DNA of 64,000 bases from Thecamonas trahens ATCC 50062 (Eukaryota > Protista > Apusomonadida), in the NCBI RefSeq assembly GCF_000142905.1, contig NW_013657611.1:70946-134945 (forward strand). Direction: 5' to 3'. The stretch's first letter is position 1, and each line of letters starts with the position of its first letter. Positions 53,389-62,800 of the stretch are shown piece after piece. The position numbers and the translations under genes are program-made. A model generated the notes under the pieces. It did not search any database. It saw only the letters and a list, made by a program, of their open reading frames with translations, and was not told the DNA's origin.

Positions 53389-54573
53389 ATGGCAGCCTGG
53401 CCGCCCGAGTCGTCTTTGCCCCCGTTCCCCACTGACGCTGCCGTGGGCGGAGGTGGTGGTGGCTCGTCTGTCGCTGCGCCCGGGACGGCTGCTGCTTTGC
53501 AAGCCCTCGACGCCCGGGCCCAGGCGCTCTGGTCGTCATGGCAAGATGCTGCTGCACCAGCTACGGCACCACCGACTGGGCCGCAGCCAGTTGATGCCTT
53601 CTCGACTGCTGCTGCCCATCCTGCTGCCTCCTCTCGCCTCCATCCGGAGACTGCGCCCGCTCGCGAGCTCGACTCGGTCTCGGAAAGCGTTGACGGGCTG
53701 ATGGCCTCTCTGCGCGGGTATGGCTCGTCTGCAGGCGGCCCGGACAGCTCGGCTCGCCACGGCGCGAACACTAAGGGTGATGCGTCGCCACTGTATGCAA
53801 AGTCGGTCGCCATGCTTCGTGGGATCACCCAGGCACAAGCGCAGGCGCAGGTGCATGGCGGCGACGAGAGTGCTGCGCATGTGGAGCAGGCGTCGCAGCT
53901 GGACGTGGAGATTTCAATGCTACGCGAGGAGATGGAGTCTATCGCAGAGCAGCTGACGACGATGGATGTGAGCCTGGCACCAGCGTCTCCGCCGCCACCG
54001 TCGTCGCCGATGCTGCGCGAGTCAATGCGGCGCCGGCCGCCTGCGCCTGCCATTTCACCGCTGCGGAGCAGCCGCGTGCCGCAGCGGCGATCGCCGTCAC
54101 CGGCCCACTCTGATGATTCGCTGGACATACCCGAGCCGCCACGGATGCAGGGCAGCCGTGGAGGTCGGGCTCACCGGGCTCGACGGGTGGGCCACGGACG
54201 CGGCGGGAGCGAGACAAGCAGCGCGCGTGTGCGGCAGCGTGTGCGGCGGCGGTTGAATACCGGATCGGGCGACGAGGCGGAGCCCGCCGGCGCTGTGGGC
54301 AAGCTCGCGCGGGCAGAGCGCCGGATCCGGCAGCTCGAGTCCGCGCGCAAGCGCGAGGCCTTTGAGATGCAGCAGTTGCGGCGAGAAAACGAGCGGCTGG
54401 CCACCCGGATCGAGCACCTGAGCGCCGACCTGGAAGCCGTGACTCGGCGCGATTCGGAGACCCAGGCTGTGCGCACCTCACTGGCCAAGGCCGAGAAGGT
54501 TGTGTCCTCGCAACGTAACCTCATCGCTACGCTCAAGGGTGAGATTGCACATCTCAAGCGGAGCAAGCGCTGA
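53389..54573 (+). CDS. Hypothetical coiled-coil protein
   Basis: 394-aa ATG ORF with central and C-terminal heptads. Confidence 0.65.
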   Translation: MAAWPPESSLPPFPTDAAVGGGGGGSSVAAPGTAAALQALDARAQALWSSWQDAAAPATAPPTGPQPVDAFSTAAAHPAASSRLHPETAPARELDSVSESVDGLMASLRGYGSSAGGPDSSARHGANTKGDASPLYAKSVAMLRGITQAQAQAQVHGGDESAAHVEQASQLDVEISMLREEMESIAEQLTTMDVSLAPASPPPPSSPMLRESMRRRPPAPAISPLRSSRVPQRRSPSPAHSDDSLDIPEPPRMQGSRGGRAHRARRVGHGRGGSETSSARVRQRVRRRLNTGSGDEAEPAGAVGKLARAERRIRQLESARKREAFEMQQLRRENERLATRIEHLSADLEAVTRRDSETQAVRTSLAKAEKVVSSQRNLIATLKGEIAHLKRSKR

Positions 54574-54616
54574 TCGCGGCGGAAGAACTCGAAACGTGTT
54601 TACGCGGTTGTTGAGG

Positions 54617-55810
54617 CTACTGCCAGACCCAGCCGGCAAAGTGGCCGGTGGTGGGCGACATGATGACGGTGTACTGGGTGAGCGAGTTGAGCACACCGCG
54701 GGTGTGGAACTTGGAGCCCGGAGTCTGCATGATGCCCCAAAGCGAGGTGGCGTTGACGCCGGCCGGCCCGCCAAGAGCCGTCATGGCGGCGGAGGCGACG
54801 GCGCGGCGGTCGTCGCGGGAAGGCGCGGCCTTCCAGTAGTCGTAGTTGGTCTCGAGGACAAACCACGGGGCAGTCCGCCCGTGTGGCATGCAGTAGAGCC
54901 CGTGATCGACGCCGGTGTACGTGCGGGTGATGACGCAGCCCTGGTCGGCGTCGGCGCCGCCAACGATAAAGTAGACCTCGGCGGCGAGCGGGGCAGTGGA
55001 GAGGGCATGGACGGCGGCATCAAACGAAGTTGCTGAAGCGAGGGCAGAGCGGGCAGCGAGAACAACCGACTGCGCACCGTCGTGCTTCATGCGCTCGAGG
55101 TTGCGCAAAATCTCCAGGTATGAGTGCGAGGTCCGCTGGTCGATGGTGACCGAAAAAACATTGTGGGCCATGCCGGTGAGGACGCCCACGTAGCCGACCC
55201 AGGTGATCGACTCGTACTGTACCTTTCCACCCGAGGTGAACTGAGCAATGACAGTGAGATTAGCAAGCGAGAAGCCGTCAAAGGTCCAGTCGAGGTTGCG
55301 CGAGTGCCAGGTGGCGCCTGCGGCGTCGCGCGAGACGATCGAGGTGCACGCCGTAGTGAACTCGTAGAGGAGGTTGAGGGCAACAAGGCGCGAGAATGGC
55401 ATAGCATCTGCGTGACCGGCGGCAACAAGAGCAGCATGGAGTCCCTTCATCTCAGCAGCGTACTCTGCCGGCACGTAATCCTCCAGCGATGCGGCAATGT
55501 CATCGACAGCATCGCCCAGGATCGAGGGCAGGGCCTTGTTCCAGAACTGAACAATGTGACCGAAGCTGTTTTCAAAGCCATGGTTCTTGAGCATGTCCCC
55601 CACGGCTGCCGTCCACCGGTCCTCAGGCGCCAGATCGAGATCGATGGAGATGGTAGGAATGGCCGCAGGAAAGACTGACGCCGCGGTCCATCCCATCCGC
55701 TCCGACGGGAGCACAAACGAGGAAGTGCCTGCCACTGGGACCACCAGGGCGAGGGCGAGGGTGAGGGCGAGGGCGAGGGTGAGGGCACGGGGGAGGGTCA
55801 CGTGGAGCAT
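54617..55810 (-). CDS. Acid ceramidase / NAAA family Ntn hydrolase
   Basis: Signal peptide; IDLDLAPEDRW; YAAEMKG; LNLLYE...ACTSIV nucleophile; HSRNLD; GYVGVLTG; LETNYDYW...DDRR. Confidence 0.93.
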   Translation of the reverse strand: MLHVTLPRALTLALALTLALALVVPVAGTSSFVLPSERMGWTAASVFPAAIPTISIDLDLAPEDRWTAAVGDMLKNHGFENSFGHIVQFWNKALPSILGDAVDDIAASLEDYVPAEYAAEMKGLHAALVAAGHADAMPFSRLVALNLLYEFTTACTSIVSRDAAGATWHSRNLDWTFDGFSLANLTVIAQFTSGGKVQYESITWVGYVGVLTGMAHNVFSVTIDQRTSHSYLEILRNLERMKHDGAQSVVLAARSALASATSFDAAVHALSTAPLAAEVYFIVGGADADQGCVITRTYTGVDHGLYCMPHGRTAPWFVLETNYDYWKAAPSRDDRRAVASAAMTALGGPAGVNATSLWGIMQTPGSKFHTRGVLNSLTQYTVIMSPTTGHFAGWVWQ

Positions 55811-56246
55811 GGCGACGGGAAGAATGGCGATGGCGAGAAGGAGAGTGCAGTGGGCGTGGAGGTCTGGGGTGGATGGGGGGGGGGGTGAGGAATGAGGTGG
55901 GGTGGGGGGAGGGGGGGGGGTAGGAGGGTAGGAGGGTAGGCGTGGAACACGGCGAAAAAACCCCCGCACAACGAGGTCTTGTGCCTTTTTCGAGGGCCAC
56001 CCGTGTCTTTGAGAGAGAGAGAGAGAGAGAGAGTGTGTGTGTGTATGTGAGGGGGGGGGGGGGTGTGTTAGGGCGGGATCGAGGTTACGATCACAGAGCG
56101 GATTGTGCAGCGTGTGGTGTAGCGGCGGCAGCAGTGCGCGCCGTGTCACGGACCGTCGCCAAAGCAAAGGGTGAGAGACAGGGCCTGGTCAAGCGGCGCC
56201 ATCCCTTAAGCGGAGGCAGGCAGGAGCGACGAGGGGAGGAGCTTGG

Positions 56247-56786
56247 TCATCCGTGCTGATAGATAAAGACGTTTGTGGCGCCGATCGAGGCAAAGAGCAG
56301 CGAGCCCATCTCATGGGTGACAAACGAGCCAAAGTTAGATCCGACGATGACATGCCATGCGCCACCGTATTTGTCATCCAGAGTCTCCTTGATCAACTTG
56401 GCCATGTCTCGTTGACCCGATGCCTGTCCATACGGCGTGTGCTTGCGGTAGGCGTCCTTGATAATGCCACCCACCTCTGCCCGTTGCGCCTCGGGCATGT
56501 CAAACGACAGCTCTTCCACCTTCAACGAGCTCTACTCCCGCCATCATCCACACGGATCCACGAGCACAGCCATATACACGTGCACATACAGTAGACCACG
56601 AACATCGCCCCGTCCTCCCCTTGTTAGCCACTTTCCAGACTTGGCGCCCTCCTCCTCCTCTCCCCCCTCCTCCTCCTCTCCCCCCTCCTCCTATCCCTTT
56701 ACCCCCTTCGCCCCTTCGCCCTTCCCCCTCCCCTTCTCCCCTCTCCCCTCCCTCCATACCTTTGAACTCTTGCTCTTGCCCTCCAT
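56247..56786 (-). CDS. Dynein light chain, LC8 family (exons 56786-56760 and 56531-56247)
   Basis: DMAKLIKETLDDKYGGAWHVIVGSNFGSFVTHE; a phase-0 GT-AG intron supplies the start MEGKSKSSK. Confidence 0.88.
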
Positions 56787-56987
56787 CTTCTGCCAACAGA
56801 GACAAGTGACCAACAGGTGGATACAAGTGTCTGCGTGTGGCTGTGGCTGTGGCTGTAGGGGGGGCTGCAGGGGCGTCAGCCACCGGTTGGCACTGTCCAA
56901 GTCCTCCCCCCCCCCCCCCCTCCTTCCACCCAACCACCATTACCGGGCTCACCTTTCTCTCTCTCTCTCCCCCCCCTCTCTCCAACC

Positions 56988-58806
56988 ATGCAGAGGAGAA
57001 AGGGGACTGGTCGGGGTCGAGCTTTGGCTACCGTTACTATGATGTATCTCTCACGTGAGGTCACCGTCCGTGTCCGAAGTGACGGCCTTCGCCTGACCGA
57101 GGACGATGGCTCGGGTGGTGGTGGTGGTGGTGGACATACCATTGTTACCCTCCCTCCGAGTCGCCTCTTGGCTGCTGGTCGCTCCAAGTACTCTAATCGT
57201 GTGGTGGAGATCGCCACTGTCGAGTACGCCCCAGAGCCGTCAGGCTGCTGTGCTGGCTGCTGCTGTTGCTGCTCTCATGGTACTCCCCGTCCCCACCTGT
57301 GGTGGGGGCCTTGATGCTGACTCGGAAGATGACGTTGGCGTTGATGGGCACCATGTAGGCGGCGGATTTGATGGCGCACATCACGACGTCAAGATACGGA
57401 TGCTGCAACTGACGTCGACATCGACCGCCATTGTGGCGAACTTGCTGAATGCACTTGCCGAGATCTTGCCCCCGCCGCCGCAGTCATCGGCACTGGTGTA
57501 CAACCCCGCTTCAGGCAACGGCAAGCTCCACACCAACTTTCTTGCTGGTGCTGCCGACCTTGCACACCTGCAGTCTTTGCAAGTGGAGCTGGTGGAGACC
57601 GAGGCGCCTCAGGACGCGACGAGATGGGCGGCGAGTCTCGACGCCGATGTTGCGTCCAGGTGGGATTACATCGCGGTGGGCGGTGGCGACGGCACACTGT
57701 ACGAAGTCGTGCAGGGTCTCTTTTCGCACCCGCGGTGGAAGGAGCTCGCCAAGATTCCGCTCATCCCGGTCCCGCTCGGCTCGGGCAACGGGCTCGCGCT
57801 CTCTCTGGGCATCTCGTCACCAACCATGGCACTGGTGGCCATGGCACGCGGCCTAGTGAGGCCGCTTGACGCCGCCTCAGTCTGGCTCTCGGCAACCAAG
57901 CGCAGGATCTCGTTCCTCTCGCTCCAGTGGGCCTTCCACGCCGATGTGGACATTGACTCGGAAAAGTGGCGGTGGATGGGCGACACGAGGTTTTCGGTCT
58001 ACGGTGCGCTCCGGTGCATCGCCATCCGCAAGTACCCCGGCTACGTCGTGTACCAAGAGAGCGATGAGGCTGTATCTCCTGAGTTCTGCCACGCTGCTGT
58101 TCGCTGCCCCGGCTGCGAGGCGGAGGCGAACCACTCGTCGGTCTCTTGCTCGGTTAGCGGCGGGCGGTCGTCGGCTTCAGATGATGGCTCGTACTCGAGC
58201 ACGAACTCGTTGCAGGCCGAGACAGAGACGGACTCTTTGTCTTTGTCGTCGTCAGCATCAGCGTCGGTGTCAGCGTCGGCGTCGATCTCGGACGAAATGA
58301 TCGTCCACGGACCGCCGGCGTCGGCCGCTGTCGCGGCCTTGCACTTTGTCTTTGATGAGACGCCTGAGTCAGCATCTCTGGCCGGCCGTGACGACGAGTT
58401 CGCGGTAGCGGCTGGCGTTGATGACTTTGCGGTCGTTTCGGGCGAGCACGTTATGTTCCTCGCAACCAACGTGCCGACCGTGGCCAAGGGAATGGTCTTT
58501 TCACGACACGCGCACGCATCAGACGGTGCGTGGGACCTGACGTTTATGCAGCATGCGAGCCGACTTGGCCTTTTGGGCATGTTCTCGCAGATCGAGGACG
58601 GTTCGTATGCAGATGCCGACAACGTGACGCAAGTCAAGTCGCGGGTCTTTGCCCTCCTTCCCGGCTTGCGCAGCAAGAGCCGCCCGTCGCACGTGGTCAT
58701 CGATGGCGAGCCTGTTCGCTATGGCCCTGTTATTGTCCAAGTCCATCACGCCCTTCTCCGGGTCCGAGTCCCGGACTGGGCAGCCATCCTCTCTGCCAGC
58801 GAATGA
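56988..58806 (+). CDS. Sphingosine kinase-like DAGK-family lipid kinase (5' part frameshifted, start uncertain)
   Basis: VYNPASGNGK, GGGDGTLYEVVQGL, PLGSGNGLA, ADVDIDSEKWRWMGDTRF, DGAWDL, IDGE. Confidence 0.88.
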
Positions 58807-58959
58807 GGGCAAATTGCCACCGATTGCGCACACAGCACACACTCTCAGTTGCTGGTTGACTCGACGGCTCGTAGAGGTGCAAGCGCGAGTGACAGAGACC
58901 GTCATCTAGGGTGTGGCTACTCACCCTGGACTGCCACACTGCTGGAGCCAACAGTGCAG

Positions 58960-59800
58960 TCTTCCAAGTGTGACGACTCGAAGCACGCTGAGCTCGATGA
59001 ACTGTTCGAATCTCTCTCGGGATCAACGTGGACGAACAACGGCGGGTGGGAGGCGAGGGGCCGTGTCGGCAGGCACGTCGTATGCCGACTGCTCGTACTA
59101 CGGCAACACATGAGCGTGAAGTTGCAAAAAAATTGTCGAGTTGCCACAAAATAGTGTTTGGGCCATTGTTCGACAGCCACGCCCAATGCAGGCACTCAGC
59201 CTTTGCCAACCTTGCCAACTTGCGACAGCACGTTCCCTCACCCGCAGTCGCTGCCATCAACCACGACGCAACTCCTTTGCAGTCACAGCTCCCCCCTTTC
59301 CCTTCCCCTTTCCTCCCTCTTTCTTCTACTACTCCCACCCATCGAGAAGAACTACGTCTTCCCCTTCTCCTTCCGTCTTCCTTCCAACCCCTCTCCTCAC
59401 CTCCCCCCCCCCCCCCCCCCTTTGCTGTCGTTCGAGTGGTCCTTCCCGCTCGCGCATCACCAACGAACCCTCCCCTCCCCCCTCCCTCCCTCCCTCCCCT
59501 ACTCTCGCACGCTCTTCTGCTTGCCTTTGTCCTTTCCGGACGCATATATTCCCTCCTCACCCCCCTCGCCCCTTATTCCCCACCCCCTTGTCTCCATTCT
59601 CTTCTCCCCAGCTGGCTCGCCCTACCGCTCAAGTCTTCGGGTAGCACCAACCACTGGCAATTGGCTTCACTTCCTGCGTTTGGTTCGTTTGCTTGTGTCG
59701 TTGACGGCGGGCACAACCAACCAGAGGCAGCTGGAGTCTTTTTGACGCTTCCCTCGAGTCTGAGACTATGTGCATTTACAACAACTCGCTGGCCACATAC
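58960..59800 (+). pseudogene. Degenerate LRR / LRR N-cap remnant
   Basis: ELDELFESLSGSTWTNNGGW, then in a shifted frame DCSYYGNT followed by a stop; later LASLPAFGS...HNQ and ETMCIYNNSL fragments in differing frames. Confidence 0.4.
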
Positions 59801-59806
59801 TCAAGT

Positions 59807-62800
59807 ATGGCCACTCCCGGCAGGCGCAAGAGCCACCGGATGACGTCACTCGACGACCAGGATAGCAGCTGGTGGACGATACTGCTGGTGCTTGCCACGA
59901 TCCTCGTTGTTGCTGTGCCGCCAGTTGGCGGCGATGGTACGGACATCTTGGGCGTGCAGCAAGCACTCGGCGCCGAGACGGTAATGTTTGTGGACGTGGT
60001 CGACTTTACCTGCGAAATGATCCAGTGGCAGGGCCGCGACGAGCTGTACGTGTACCGGCCGTCTGACTCGCTGCTTGTGGCGACACTGCTTTGGACAGGC
60101 GGGGCAGCGGCGTCGTACTCGCCTACCGAGAATGGCGCATTTGAGTTGCGACTCAACGCGGACCAGATCGCCGGTGACGTGTGGGATGTGTCGATCAATG
60201 ACAACTGCGCGTCGTCGCTGGTGGGTGGACGACTTTGGTCCCGCCAGTGGTACTTTGCGGCTGCATCATTTGGTGCGAGCGATGCGACCGATGTGTCTAT
60301 GTGGGCCGTCTTTCTCACCTCGCTCGGCAACAAGCTTGTGGAAACGCGGTTTGAGGGCCTTGCTGGGTATGTGTACGAGCTGGGCGCGACGTCGGACGGG
60401 ATTGCGTCGCATACGCCGGCGTTCAAGTCTGCGCCGCAAACCGGCAACTCGATTGTGCCTGAAATCCCGCTGTATCTCAAGTCGCCGGACCACATTCCGC
60501 TGGCAGACACGCAGCCCACGATCGAGTTTGATGACGTGGTGTATGTGACGGTTGGTTGCGGCGACTTTGGCTCCGAGTGCCCTACGCTTGTGAACGGGCA
60601 AATCCACCCGCGGTTCCGGTTCAACACGGACGCAGGTGGTGGGCGGTACCGGATTGTGTGCGACACAAACGGCGACGGCAACCTCAACATTGTCGACGGG
60701 TCCGACACGGTGCTGTCTGGCGACACGGTCGCCGGAGCCAACGAAGTGCTCTGGGACGGGACGGACTCGTCGGGTGTCACTGTTGCGAACGGGTACTACC
60801 TGTGTGAGGTGTGGGTCTTCCTCGCCGAAATTCACTTTCCCATGATTGACGTGGAGACGATCTACCCTGGCATGCGGATGTTCTCGTACTTCAACAGCGT
60901 GCCTACGCCACAGGTGATGTTCTGGAACGACGAGGACGTGGACGCGCCCATCACGATGCCCAACGGCGAGACCGGGGCGACGACGTCAGGCTGCTGCGGC
61001 ATGGACTCGACTAATGACCCGAACGCTGTGGCCAACGTCAATGCTCGCGCCTGGGGCAACTTTGCGTCTGGCTCCAAGGGCGACCAGGCGATCATCAACA
61101 CGTTCTCGTTTGTAGAGCGATCAGTCTCGGTCCCGCTCAACATTTCTGTTGGCGGCTTGTCTGAGTGCCCGCAGCCTTCGGTTTACATTCTCAACACGAA
61201 CGTGTTGGAGAAGGACACCGGGGCTGTTTCGGTCACTATCGACATTGTGCTCACTTCGGTCATCTCGTCCAATGTTGACATCTCATACGCGACCGTTGAC
61301 GGAACGGCCACGGCAGGGGTAGACTACGTGACGACGGGAGGGACGATCACACTTGTACCGGACAACTACTGCTACTCTGTGACGGTCGACATTACGCCCG
61401 ACACCGAGCTCGAAGTCGACGAGGACTTTTACGTGGACATTGCGTACGCTGGCGCCGGTGCGTCGCCGATTGTCTTTCGACAGGCACGGTCTGTGGTGAC
61501 GATTATCAACGACGACGACAACTGTGGAGTTGTGGAGCCACCGCCGCACGAGTGGCCAGGTCTTGTCATGGAAGTGTACGATGAGGTCCCCGGATCGACA
61601 GTGTTGGACCTGACGCGCTCAAATGCGTACATCACGCAGTCTCCGGGATGCATCGATCCCGACGTGACATCGCTGGAGCAGAACCCCGGGACTGGCAGAT
61701 GCGGCCAGACCCAGATGTCTTCGTACAACTACGGCGTGGCCATCTCGGGCTGGATCCGAGTGGCGCAGACGGACACGTACACGTTTCAGGTTGCTGGCAA
61801 CGATGCAGTCGAGCTGTGGCTTGGAGCCGACGAGGCTTCGCTCATACTAGCGGCGTTCAACACACAACCTAACACAGACGAGAGCTCCTACGGCGAAGCA
61901 GCGTCACAGACGTCGAGTCCGATGGCACTCGCTGCCAATGAGCTGCTCTTTGTGCGCGTGCTGTACAAGGAGGGCGATTTGGAGAGCCCGCCGAATGACT
62001 TTTACTCTGTGGCGTGGTTCGGGACGAGTGTGTCAACGACTGCGGCTCCACTTGCGCACGCTGGCACGTATGGCGAGACCTTTTTCCACAACAGCACGTC
62101 TGCGGTTGGCTTTGAGACTGACGACGCGTGCTGTACGTCACGGATTGTGGAGACCGAGGTCCGGGCATTGCGGACCGATGCTGATCCGTGCTCGGGCCAG
62201 CTTTTCGGCAACGTGACAAACACCATCGACCTGTCGCCGCAGAGCACGGGGACGAGCGTCACGTTTGACATTGCTGAGACCCATGAGCTCGAGTATGTAA
62301 CGGAAGACTTGTTTGCCGATCTGGGGACTGCGGATGTGAGCGGACAAGTGTTCTCCGGCAGGATCCGGCAGCCGATCTCGACCAAGGTTCGAGTGACGGC
62401 TGGCAATGACAATGGGTTTGAACGGGCGAGCGACGGCAATGTTTGGACCAACTGGGGCTTTTTGCTCATGGGCTCCTGGATGATGGCAGTCACGTTTGAC
62501 GATGTGGCTGTGCCTCAAGGAGCGACGATCACCAATGCGTACATCGAGTTGGAAGGCGACAATAATGGCGGACAGGATACCGGGACCGGGGTGATCGTGC
62601 CGATCTGGGCCAACAACGTGGACAACGCTGGCACGATTCCGACCGGCAACTCGGGTATTTCGTCGCTGGCGCCAACGCCGACTAGCGTCAACTGGGTTGA
62701 CGTTCCCGAATTTGTGTACACAGCTCGGTACAAGACGCCGAACATTGGGCCTGTGGTGCAAGATGTTGTGTCTCGCGGCGGGTGGCGGAGTGGCAACTCG

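Noticed and set aside
4358-54619. Genome-wide TAG reassignment, prompted by in-frame TAGs at 36279 and 46148 and open frames after the TAGs at 4562, 11228 and 18762
   Set aside because: FIBP and the acid ceramidase end with TAG at their expected C-termini, and no TAG interrupts the highly conserved cores; open frames after stops are expected at this GC content.
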